Of a stretch of DNA of 64,000 bases, positions 51,139 through 60,395 are shown piece by piece. The number at the start of each line of letters is the position of its first letter. Positions within the stretch are counted from its first letter, which is position 1. Position numbers and translations under genes: made by a program. The notes under the pieces are model-generated. The model did no database searches and had not been told where the DNA came from. It saw only the letters and a program-made list of their open reading frames with translations. The DNA is from Sedimentisphaerales bacterium (GTDB lineage: Bacteria; Planctomycetota; Phycisphaerae; Sedimentisphaerales; SM23-30), in NCBI GenBank assembly GCA_963663965.2, contig CAXXFK010000022.1, forward strand, positions 1-64,000, read 5' to 3'.

Positions 51139-51456
51139 TCAATTTTGAGGAGTGGCCGAGGGTTTGGTTTTGGCAGGGGGAGTTTTTTTATCAACCGGCG
51201 GCAGGACCTGAACCCGGACATCTCCAGAAACCAGCAATTTCTGGATGGCGGCAACGGATTGATTCATATCATGGATGGCATCCAGAATCTGATTGAGTTG
51301 CTGGCCGGAATCGGGAATGGCGGCCTGGGCCCGGGGTTGTTCGAAGGGGGATTCAGTCCAGAGGGCTATCGTAATGAAGGAAAGCAGGATAGCGATTACC
51401 GTTAACAGGACACGGGTATAATTATCAATTGTTGCGGTCATGGCGTGAGTCCTCAT
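51139..51456 (-). CDS. Small single-TM hypothetical protein
   Basis: DNYTRVLLTVIAILL helix, AQAAIPDSG, coiled segment. Confidence 0.65.
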   Translation of the reverse strand: MRTHAMTATIDNYTRVLLTVIAILLSFITIALWTESPFEQPRAQAAIPDSGQQLNQILDAIHDMNQSVAAIQKLLVSGDVRVQVLPPVDKKTPPAKTKPSATPQN

Positions 51457-51668
51457 TTAGAGATTATGCATTCATTCAGCTTTGCCATTATTAATCTATT
51501 ATCGCCTATCGGAGGATGTCAGTTCACCAGAGAATTGCAGGACTCCGGTATCCGGGGCAGGAAATCCGGCCTGAGTTTGCCGGCATCGGGGTGTTTATGA
51601 ATGGATTATGTGAAAAGTGATCATAAGCGCCATAGCAATACGAGGCTTTTGACACGGAATATTCAAAA

Positions 51669-52166
51669 TTAAAATTCGAAATAATCGGTTCCCTGGGTAT
51701 CTGAACCAATCGAATCGGAACAGATAATATTGTCAGCCGGGATATAGATCCAGCCAAAGTTATCGGTCGCAGCGTCAGGAATGACATCGACCACCAGAAC
51801 GGTATCTTTGCTGTTAATGGGATTTTTTGGCATGCGAGAGAGATAGGGGCCATAGCAGAATTCGAGGGTTTTGGCATTGTTGGTTTGCCCCAGTTGATTG
51901 GAATAATTTGTCAACTGAGAGACAAAGAGATCGGCGTCCAGGTTACCGCCATTATCGACCCCCGGCGAGCTATCCAGATGCTGGGCCCGGAATATACCAA
52001 TTTGAGTCCGTAAAATTCTGAGATTTTCTTTGAGCATATTATCACGCGATTCCTGAGACGCAGTTGAAACCTGAGGCAGGACGATTGCAGCCAGGATACC
52101 TAAGATAACGACAACTATCATTAATTCAACCAGTGTAAATCCAACCATACGCCGATGTTTCATCAT
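51669..52166 (-). CDS. Type IV pilin/pseudopilin, paralog of the upstream pilin
   Basis: G|FTLVELMIVVVILGILAAIVLPQ, LRTQIGIFRAQH, YGPYLSRMPKNP. Confidence 0.85.
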   Translation of the reverse strand: MMKHRRMVGFTLVELMIVVVILGILAAIVLPQVSTASQESRDNMLKENLRILRTQIGIFRAQHLDSSPGVDNGGNLDADLFVSQLTNYSNQLGQTNNAKTLEFCYGPYLSRMPKNPINSKDTVLVVDVIPDAATDNFGWIYIPADNIICSDSIGSDTQGTDYFEF

Positions 52167-52265
52167 CGATGCAACCCGTCCCTTCGATTGTAACCGGCCT
52201 TGGGAGCCAGTATTAAAGTAATGATGTTTTTTAATTTTAATCTGCATGCTAACTTGTTTCGTGTT

Positions 52266-52297
52266 AAAAGGCGGCAGCATCCAGGGATGCTGCCGCC
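52266..52297 (-). terminator. Strong hairpin terminator between the two pilins
   Basis: GGCGGCAGCATCC/GGATGCTGCCGCC 13-bp inverted repeat followed by T4 on the minus strand. Confidence 0.75.
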
Positions 52298-52340
52298 ATA
52301 GCTATTTAGACCAGCTAAGCTCAAATTATGTAACTTAGGA

Positions 52341-52817
52341 TTAGTAATCGATATGGTCGGCAGTGCCATTGCCATCCAGGTCGGTGGCATCATCAGGAGC
52401 AATCTGGCCGGTATTGGTATCAAACACCCATTGGGCCGTGCCGGCGCCGGCATTGGCTATATCGTCAAAGCGAACAGCAGGTAAACCGGGAGAAAAAGGA
52501 TTGCTTGGGAACTTGTTGAAATAGGGGCCGTAGCCATTAGCATCTGCAGCATGGGCTTCATCGGTTTTGGTCGTCATGCGAGTAACGAAACCGGCGGCAT
52601 CCGTACCGACATCCGGATATTCATCCAGGTGTTGGACCTTGTACAATTCCAGTTGCGAACGTAGCGTTTGTAAACTGCTTGTCAAAGATGAATCACGCGC
52701 TTCATTGGAAGCATCGGTAAACTGCGGGATAATGATTGCCGCCAGAATACCCAGAATGATCACAACGATCAAAATTTCAACCAATGTAAAACCTTTTTTG
52801 CTGATACGATTTCTCAT
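52341..52817 (-). CDS. Type IV pilin/pseudopilin, probable major subunit
   Basis: KKG|FTLVEILIVVIILGILAAIIIPQF, LRSQLELYKVQH, YGPYFNKFPSNP; GGAGG RBS. Confidence 0.88.
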   Translation of the reverse strand: MRNRISKKGFTLVEILIVVIILGILAAIIIPQFTDASNEARDSSLTSSLQTLRSQLELYKVQHLDEYPDVGTDAAGFVTRMTTKTDEAHAADANGYGPYFNKFPSNPFSPGLPAVRFDDIANAGAGTAQWVFDTNTGQIAPDDATDLDGNGTADHIDY

Positions 52818-54112
52818 TTCGTAAACCTCCGGCGGCTGAGCCGCCAAAATTGCCTAATTTTGTTGTAAAACCTTCTACTAAATTTTCAATACTTTCTGCC
52901 CAATCACTTTATTGGGTGGGGAGCTTATAACTGATTGTGCTTGCCGGCCATCGAATACGTTTGATTATTTTGTGAAGTAATTTCATGTTCTATTCCATTT
53001 CAAAGTGACATTGTGTTATTTAAAATATTCACAACCCAACTCTAAAATTCAAAAATCAACCAGGCAAAAAATACTTTCCTATTTTTCCAGTTTTTTCTAT
53101 ATTCTCAAGAGCGGCAGGTTTACCTGATTGAAATAACCGGATTAGTTTAACAGGGATTGGATGATGATTGGCTGCAGCGAATAAAAAACAAGCGAATTAT
53201 CGGTATAAGTGTCTGTAAAAAAATGGGTAATGTGGATTTGTCGATTGGATAGCCGATGGTTTTCAGAGCGCGTTATTAAGCATGGAGGCGTTGAGAAGGA
53301 GACATAGATTAAAAATTTCGCAGAAATACAGGAAACCGAATATTGAGGCATATTTTCAGGTTTAATACATTTAAGCCTTTAAGAGGTACAAAGTTATTTG
53401 AAAGTATTGAGATAATATGGAATAAAATTCTTATTATACCATCGGGTAAAGAAATATCCGGTTGCTTGCAAGCTAAGATTCTGCTTATAAAAGATTTATT
53501 TCACAACCAAGCAGGTATAATCAATAGTTAATGATATAAAAGGGCAGTAAACCTTTGCAGGCAAAATTGGAGAGATGATAAGTAAGGAGTTTTTTGATAT
53601 TGAGTGAAGAGTTAAAGAAAAATAATTATCAGTGACAAAATTGAATATGGGCTAACATTAATATCTATACTATTTTAGCCATACAATACAAAAATGGGCG
53701 AGGGTAATTTATCCGCCCAGATACCGATTGATTCAGTTAAAACTGAATTAATCTTGTTATTAAGTTTTTATAAATCGCGTATTAAGCGATCAATTCACGT
53801 AGTAAGCAATAGCTTGATGGTAGAAAGTAACCAGTCACATTATCCAAAATTAAACGAGAAATTGTGAGATTTTCGAGAAATCGGCCAAGTCCGTTATTAA
53901 TACTATTTGGTGAGATCAGGGATATAATATAATAGCCGTATGATTCATAACCGATTAATTTTTCAAGAAATACGGGATTGAAGCTGAACTGAAGATACGC
54001 AATTTGGCTAGAAAAAAATTAAATATGGCGTTTTGTCTGATGGGACAGTGATATATAATTTAATATCAGGTCATTAGAATTTGATGAATATCTAAACAGG
54101 AGAACAAAACTT

Positions 54113-55030
54113 ATGAAACAGCATTTCACAAAAAAGGCATTTACCTTGATAGAACTGCTGGTGGTGGTTTCAATTATTGCATTACTGGTAGCGATATTAA
54201 TGCCGGCCCTTGGTAAAGCGCGAGAACAGGCCAGACGTACGGTTTGTTCGATGAATGTCAAGGCTATTGGCATGGGCCATATCATGTATGCCAATGATGA
54301 TGAAAAAGGGATATTACCATTAAAGACAGGAGTACCAGGTTCAGCCGGCGGCTGGCTCTGGGACATCAGTTATGCCACTACTGATTATATTATCAAAAAG
54401 TCTGGTGGAGACCGTGATACCTTCTATTGTCCTTCAGAGCTTGGAAAACTGGATGATATAATTCCCTGGCGATACTCAGAGGCATGGAACAACAGGGCTA
54501 ATGTGGAACAGTATTTTGCCGCAAATCCTCAGGAGCCTACCGCTATAGACAGGAATACCTATTACCGGGTAGGCGGTTACGTTATTCTGGTGGACTGGCA
54601 ATATCCAAGTGCAAGTAAGCCTCCAGTCAGATGGAAAGACAGCGCGTGGGAACCAGAGACAAGCTGGGTGCATTGGTGGAATCCGACTACGGGTGCTTTG
54701 AATCCTGGTTATTTTAAGCTGGCGAGAAAGAGTACCGAGAAACGCAGTGCGGAAAAAGAACTCATCGCAGACGCTACGTTGTGTACGGCGCCTGTGCCAA
54801 CTACTCGTGAACAGAATTTTACTAAAGTGGAAGGTGGCTTATATAGTGCTTTTGGCAGATATGATCGTACCAATCATTTGAATGGCGACAAGCCTTCTGG
54901 CGGTAATATTGGTTTTCTGGATGGCCACGTTGAATGGCGTAATTTTGGAACAGGTAATACAAGTGATTTTACTGATGGCAGTAATAAGATGCTGGCTCGC
55001 TGGAGATATGGTCCCTGCTTCTGGTGGTAA
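54113..55030 (+). CDS. Planctomycete prepilin-type (DUF1559/H-X9-DG-like) protein
   Basis: [40 protein letters not shown]...[12 protein letters not shown]. Confidence 0.88.
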   Translation: MKQHFTKKAFTLIELLVVVSIIALLVAILMPALGKAREQARRTVCSMNVKAIGMGHIMYANDDEKGILPLKTGVPGSAGGWLWDISYATTDYIIKKSGGDRDTFYCPSELGKLDDIIPWRYSEAWNNRANVEQYFAANPQEPTAIDRNTYYRVGGYVILVDWQYPSASKPPVRWKDSAWEPETSWVHWWNPTTGALNPGYFKLARKSTEKRSAEKELIADATLCTAPVPTTREQNFTKVEGGLYSAFGRYDRTNHLNGDKPSGGNIGFLDGHVEWRNFGTGNTSDFTDGSNKMLARWRYGPCFWW

Positions 55031-55055
55031 ACTGTTAATGTGAATTAAGAATTCA

Positions 55056-55086
55056 AAGGCGAAATTATATTGATTTCGCCTTTTTT
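55056..55086 (+). terminator. Intrinsic terminator
   Basis: AAAGGCGAAAT...ATTTCGCCTTTTTT. Confidence 0.8.
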
Positions 55087-55219
55087 AATTGGTTATTTGG
55101 GAATACATTTTTGCTATTTATACCAGAAGTTACATTTGTGGAATATTAATGAATATTCCAGTTTATTGTTGATATGCCGATTGGTGTGCCCACATAGTAA
55201 AAATTCTGTTTGAATGATG

Positions 55220-55248
55220 TTGACAGGTCCGGGAGTAATCGCTACACT
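55220..55248 (+). promoter_or_regulatory. sigma70 promoter upstream of dnaA
   Basis: TTGACA-N17-TACACT. Confidence 0.65.
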
Positions 55249-55519
55249 TTAGGCACGATCCTGGTTTGGATCGTAATGACGGTTAGTATTTGTACTTATC
55301 GAAGTGCAAATATTTATTTTTTAAAAGTGAAATTCAAGCTTACGCTATAGATACATCGCCGGCATGGAATGCCGGTATAAGTGACACCAATCGGGATGGA
55401 TCCCAGTTAGAGAGGCTCTGTCTGATGAGGCGTGAAATAGGCTTATCAGACAGGATGGCAAACACATCATTGAGAGACCTGTAGAGACATAGCATCAGCG
55501 GTTTTGCTGTGAAAGGGAT

Positions 55520-56863
55520 ATGCGATTGGCAGATGTACTTACCGATATCTGGGACAAAACATTGCGTTTATTTCAGCAAACGCATAGCGAATTCTGGCGA
55601 AACTGGTTTGAGCATCTGGAGCCGATGGGTTTGGAAAACGGCACATTTCGGATCGGGGTACCGGATCGTCACTGGTTACAGTATTTGCGCCAGAATTGCC
55701 GGACAGGTTTTCAAGAGGCTGCCCAGCGAATTACCGGTTATCTGGTGGGCATTGAATATGTCCTTACTGATGAAGAGTCTAATGTTCAGGAAGCCTGTGA
55801 CGCTCCGCGTTTTGATCAGGACATGATCTATTTCAACCCGGATTATACCTTCAATAATTTTGTGGTGGGGTCCTGTAACCGGCTGGCTCATGCCGCCAGT
55901 ATCGCCGTGAGTGAAAATCCGGGTGTGGTGTATAATCCACTGTTTATCCATGGTTCGGTTGGATTGGGCAAGACCCATCTGATGCAGGCGACCTGTCAAA
56001 CCCTGATGCGAACCGGCGGGCATAGTCAGATTCTGTATATGACCTGCGAAACGTTTGTTAACGATTTCATTCGAGCGGTTGAACAAGGGAAATTATACGA
56101 CTTCCGCTATAAATATCGCTGTGTTGACGCACTGGTGATCGATGATGTGCAGTTTTTGTCTGAGCGGGAAAGCTCCCAGGAGGAGTTTTTTCATACGTTT
56201 AACAGCCTGTATCAGGCACGAAAACAGATCATTTTATCGGCGGATTGTTCGCCGGCGGAAATTCCCAAGCTGGAAAACCGGCTGGTCAGTCGATTTAACC
56301 AGGGATTGGTAACCCGAATCGACAAGCCCAGTTTCGAAACGCGTATGGCGATATTATATAAAAAGGCGGCCTTGCGCGGCATTGAACCGCCTGATGATGT
56401 GATCAATTTTATCGCTCGAAAAATTGATAATAATACCAGGGAGCTGGAAGGCGCATTAACCAAAGTGTATGGACTGGCTATGCTGGAAGGAGGCGCTATT
56501 ACGCTCGAACTGGCGCGTCAGGCGCTGGGGGAAGAGCCGGTGGCGGCTGCCAGTCAGGTGACGATATCGCAGATTATCGACACGGTGACGGATCGTTTTA
56601 ATGTTCGTCTCAGTGACTTGCAAGGGAAGCGAAGGAGCCGCAGCATCGCGTTTCCAAGACAGATCTGCATGTTTCTGGCGCGTGATCTGACCCGTTTGAG
56701 TCTGGAAGAGATTGGCGGTCATTTTGGCGGGCGGGACCATACGACCGTTTTACACGCGTATCGGAACATCGATAATTTGTGTGATAATGACGTGCAGGTC
56801 CGGCATATGGTGAATGATCTGGTGGGGAATCTGACCCGAAACGGGCAGAAGCTTGGATTGTAA
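55520..56863 (+). CDS. dnaA: Chromosomal replication initiator DnaA
   Basis: YTFNNFVVG, YNPLFIHGSVGLGKTHL, IDDVQFL, QEEFFHTFN, RELEGAL, FGGRDHTTVLHA. Confidence 0.97.
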   Translation: MRLADVLTDIWDKTLRLFQQTHSEFWRNWFEHLEPMGLENGTFRIGVPDRHWLQYLRQNCRTGFQEAAQRITGYLVGIEYVLTDEESNVQEACDAPRFDQDMIYFNPDYTFNNFVVGSCNRLAHAASIAVSENPGVVYNPLFIHGSVGLGKTHLMQATCQTLMRTGGHSQILYMTCETFVNDFIRAVEQGKLYDFRYKYRCVDALVIDDVQFLSERESSQEEFFHTFNSLYQARKQIILSADCSPAEIPKLENRLVSRFNQGLVTRIDKPSFETRMAILYKKAALRGIEPPDDVINFIARKIDNNTRELEGALTKVYGLAMLEGGAITLELARQALGEEPVAAASQVTISQIIDTVTDRFNVRLSDLQGKRRSRSIAFPRQICMFLARDLTRLSLEEIGGHFGGRDHTTVLHAYRNIDNLCDNDVQVRHMVNDLVGNLTRNGQKLGL

Positions 56864-57052
56864 GGGACTATAGCCGGTGAAAATCCGGCAACTCACGGAT
56901 TTGTGAGAGCGGGGTCGCAATAAATCTGAATTTCAGTACGTTGTTATTAAGCAAACTGCAGGAATATCATTGCGATCCGGTTTTCAGGTCGTAGATGATC
57001 CTGTTGGTGATACTGAGAATATGATAAGGCGCAAATCCAAAGAGGGCCAGCT

Positions 57053-58366
57053 ATGATTAAACCCAGTCGACGCAAATTTCTGGTAAAGGCAATTGCCAGT
57101 TCAGTTGTTCCCTATGTCATTCCGGGTATTGTTCGGGCAGATCAGAAGGATAGTTTTGCCCCATCCAATCGTCTGGCCATGGGAGTCATTGGCGTCGGTG
57201 ATCAGGGTGTCAGAAATTTGAGGAATTTTCTGGGACAGCGTGATGTCCAGGTTGTGGCCGTGTGCGATGTGAATCGTGAACGGCGGGACCGGGCCTGTCA
57301 GTTAATTAATCAGTCGAATGGAAATCAGGATTGTCAGACGTATCAGGATTTTCGCGAATTGCTGGCCAGGCGCGATATTGATATCCTATTGAGCGCGACT
57401 GGGGATCGATGGCACACACTGGTGGCCATGCACGCCGCCAAGGCAGGCAAGGATATTTACAGCGAAAAACCGGTATCCATGACCATTGCAGAAGGGCGCG
57501 CGCTGGCTGATACGATTGCACGTTATGGCCGGATATTTCAATGCGGAACCCATCGACGCAGTATGCAGCCATTTGCCTTTGCCGTTCATGCGGCGCGTGC
57601 CGGTAAAATAGGAAGATTAAAGACCTTGCGGTGTTATACCAATGCGATTCAGCCCAGTCAGAATCTCAGGCCCCAGGCGGTTCCTGAGGGATTGGATTTT
57701 GATATGTGGCTGGGGCCGGTCATGGAAACACCTTACGATCCCTGGTTGATTGGCGTGGGCTGGCGCTTCAGTTACCGTTTTTCAGGCGGCTCGCTGACCG
57801 ATTGGGGGTCTCATACTGTCGACTTGTGCCAGTGGGCGCATAATAGCGACCTGAGCGGTCCCAGAGAATTTGAAGGGTGGGCTGAGTTTCCTAAGGACGG
57901 CTTCTGGGATACGCCCATGCGATATCGGGTGACAGCAACCTATGATGATGGGGTTCAGATTGTTTGTCATGACCGTAAAACCCGCGAGCACTGGCCGATT
58001 GAAGATGGGCAACTGGCGGTGAAATTTGAAGGCGAAGAAGGCTGGGTGTATGCTGACGATAGCGGCTTAGTTCTGGCTGAGCCGGCTTCGTTGATACGTG
58101 ACCGATCCTTTCAGCGGGGCGCCTGGTTCCATGATATCAACTGGCAGGGTCATCATCGAGATTTCATAGACAGCGCCAAAACACGTCAGCCTACGATCGC
58201 TCCGGCAGAAACCGCTCATCGTTCGATGACCATCTGTCACGTTGCCAATTTATGTCTGCAATTGGATCGGAAGCTGATTTGGAATCCCGAAACCGAATCG
58301 TTTGAGAACGATTTACAAGCCACCCGCTCAATAAATCGTGCCATGCGGAGCCCCTGGCGGCTATAA
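57053..58366 (+). CDS. Tat-exported Gfo/Idh/MocA oxidoreductase
   Basis: SRRKFL twin-arginine motif, GVIGVGDQG, DIYSEKP, DWGSHTVD. Confidence 0.9.
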   Translation: MIKPSRRKFLVKAIASSVVPYVIPGIVRADQKDSFAPSNRLAMGVIGVGDQGVRNLRNFLGQRDVQVVAVCDVNRERRDRACQLINQSNGNQDCQTYQDFRELLARRDIDILLSATGDRWHTLVAMHAAKAGKDIYSEKPVSMTIAEGRALADTIARYGRIFQCGTHRRSMQPFAFAVHAARAGKIGRLKTLRCYTNAIQPSQNLRPQAVPEGLDFDMWLGPVMETPYDPWLIGVGWRFSYRFSGGSLTDWGSHTVDLCQWAHNSDLSGPREFEGWAEFPKDGFWDTPMRYRVTATYDDGVQIVCHDRKTREHWPIEDGQLAVKFEGEEGWVYADDSGLVLAEPASLIRDRSFQRGAWFHDINWQGHHRDFIDSAKTRQPTIAPAETAHRSMTICHVANLCLQLDRKLIWNPETESFENDLQATRSINRAMRSPWRL

Positions 58367-58386
58367 CAATTGCCTGATCCAGGATT

Positions 58387-59112
58387 CTAGCTGGTTCGAT
58401 TAACTGCCCGGCGAATTTTATTGAGTTCGTTGATGATTTTGAGTGATTCATGAGCCGGCTTTACACGGCTATCGGGGTCGCAGGTCCAGTCGATGACAAA
58501 TTCTTTGATGGTATACCCACATTTGAGGGCTCGCAAGATCACTTCGATATCGATCATGAAGCCATCGGTAATACAGGCTCCATAAATCTCCCGGGCGATC
58601 TGGCCTCGATAGATTTTGAAGCCGCATTGAGTGTCCGTAAGTTGAGAGGGGATTCCCATGGCTTTATGCACAAAGGATCGAAACAGTTCAGAACAGACCC
58701 GACGGTAGAACGATTGCTGGCGAGCAATTCGCTTGCGATCGATTTTTCGAGAGCCATGTGCGATATCACACTGGCCGGATTGTATCATTTCGATACCGCA
58801 GAGTATTTCTTCGTATGGGACACACATGCCACTGTCGGCAAAAGCGGCAAACTGTCCTGTCGTTTGTGAAAATCCCTGTCGCAAGGCAAAACCTTTGCCA
58901 TGATGACCCCGGTCGGTGGCAATAATGACTGGATTTGCCGTCTGAGTCGCCGTTTGGCGGGCGATATCGACCGTATTGTCCGAACTGCCGTCATCAGCGA
59001 TAATGATTTCGCCTTCGATAGCCTGGTAACTCAGAAACCTGTCCGCAGACTCTATGTCTCTGGCGATTTTATTCGCTTCATTATAGGCGGGTATGACGAT
59101 ACTGAGATCCAT
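58387..59112 (-). CDS. GT2 glycosyltransferase (polyprenyl-phosphate glucose synthase-like)
   Basis: LSIVIPAYNE, DDGSSD, GKGFA, DTQCGFK, DIEV. Confidence 0.88.
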   Translation of the reverse strand: MDLSIVIPAYNEANKIARDIESADRFLSYQAIEGEIIIADDGSSDNTVDIARQTATQTANPVIIATDRGHHGKGFALRQGFSQTTGQFAAFADSGMCVPYEEILCGIEMIQSGQCDIAHGSRKIDRKRIARQQSFYRRVCSELFRSFVHKAMGIPSQLTDTQCGFKIYRGQIAREIYGACITDGFMIDIEVILRALKCGYTIKEFVIDWTCDPDSRVKPAHESLKIINELNKIRRAVNRTS

Positions 59113-59244
59113 GGATTAAAAGGAATTATATATGACTCTGACTAGATGCCGAAAGGAAAAAATAAAGGTGTTGGGGATATGGAATCATTTTAAATAGTAA
59201 AACAGCATCTTGAACAGAGCATCAATATGAAATATGAGATCATT

Positions 59245-60372
59245 CTAATCGAGTGATGCGGCTTCCACTTCGATTTCAAAGAGCAGGTCATCCCGGCAGA
59301 CAATATTGGGCGTAACTACAACAGGTAATGACGTCACGTTATTGTTACGTCGCCAATTTTCGAAGGCCTTGGCATCATCCGCACGTCTCAAGTAGGCGAT
59401 TCCCTGAATCACATTGTTCCAATTCATATTGCGGGATTGCAGGATAGCCAGTACCACACGCATGGTCAGGTCGATTTGAGCATCGATATCATTTAAGTGG
59501 ACACTTTCACCGCCGGGCGCTATGCTGGCAGTGCCGGAAACGGATATTCGTCTGATGGATGGATATCGAATTTCAATCGCACGACTGAAGGAGCTGCCAT
59601 ACTGGGGAGCGGGGCATTGTAATGGGGAATTCAGGGCCTTAATAGCGATTTGATTATCGATCGGATCAATAGCCAGACAACTCAGCAGCAGTTCACTGTT
59701 ATGAGGATTACGACCTCCGATACCGGTGCTGGCCGGAACCAGTTTGTCGAAGACACCTTGCCGGCGATAATAATCGGTGCGGACTTGATTGAAGTCATCA
59801 TACCAGCTTAGAATATCGTTGTTGTAAAACCAGGTTCGGACCACATTTAGATAGGTCATCCCTGCTTGTTGCAGCGATTGCTGAACAGTATGGAACACTT
59901 CTTGGGTTTGCTCCGGGCGCGAGCGGTCAGTTTGACCGGCAACCAACTGGCCCAGTTTGCAGATGCGACCAGCCGGTGTGTCGAAATAGTTACCAATGAT
60001 TCGATTGTTAGCCAATATCGGATGCAGTATTACATTCGATACGGCCCAGAGATTAACGCCAAATAATTCCTGGTGATCGTCCAGATGAGTCTGAATCCAA
60101 CTGACTGGAAAGGTGACAGGATTCCAGGTGTTCTGGATCGTTTGATAGCCATTGACAGGTTGTTCATCCGGGCCAAATACTTCCAGAGAGACGATATTGG
60201 CTTTCAACGCTTTTACTGCTGCCCGGGCAGCATTGATAATTGAAGCGAAGGAGATATCCTGATCAGGGACCACCGTGATATAATGTTCCTGCCAATCGCC
60301 ATGATTCAGGGTTTTGGTATAAACCCGATTGGGGGCAGTACTCAATTCTTCTGTTTGCGCAGAGTCGTTCAT
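59245..60372 (-). CDS. Rid-superfamily protein, FkbO/Hyg5 chorismatase-like
   Basis: VVRTWFY, PASTGIG, QCPAPQYGSSFSRA, SGTASI, VCRDDLLFEIE. Confidence 0.7.
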   Translation of the reverse strand: MNDSAQTEELSTAPNRVYTKTLNHGDWQEHYITVVPDQDISFASIINAARAAVKALKANIVSLEVFGPDEQPVNGYQTIQNTWNPVTFPVSWIQTHLDDHQELFGVNLWAVSNVILHPILANNRIIGNYFDTPAGRICKLGQLVAGQTDRSRPEQTQEVFHTVQQSLQQAGMTYLNVVRTWFYNNDILSWYDDFNQVRTDYYRRQGVFDKLVPASTGIGGRNPHNSELLLSCLAIDPIDNQIAIKALNSPLQCPAPQYGSSFSRAIEIRYPSIRRISVSGTASIAPGGESVHLNDIDAQIDLTMRVVLAILQSRNMNWNNVIQGIAYLRRADDAKAFENWRRNNNVTSLPVVVTPNIVCRDDLLFEIEVEAASLD

Positions 60373-60395
60373 ATCTGAATCCTTAGAATGTCAGG

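Noticed and set aside
51520..51600. c-di-GMP-I riboswitch (GGCAAAC on the minus strand)
   Set aside because: Lacks the GNRA-capped P2 stem and the downstream GCAAA segment.
52850..54110. 1.26 kb AT-rich gap near dnaA as oriC
   Set aside because: Only scattered mismatched boxes (e.g. TTATCCAAA at ~53840) and no visible skew change; a divergent promoter region is a simpler explanation.
55405..55455. CTGATGAG...GAAA hammerhead-like core in the dnaA leader
   Set aside because: Stem II would be a single G-U pair and no consistent stem I/III with a UH cleavage site can be formed; a simple hairpin explains the sequence.
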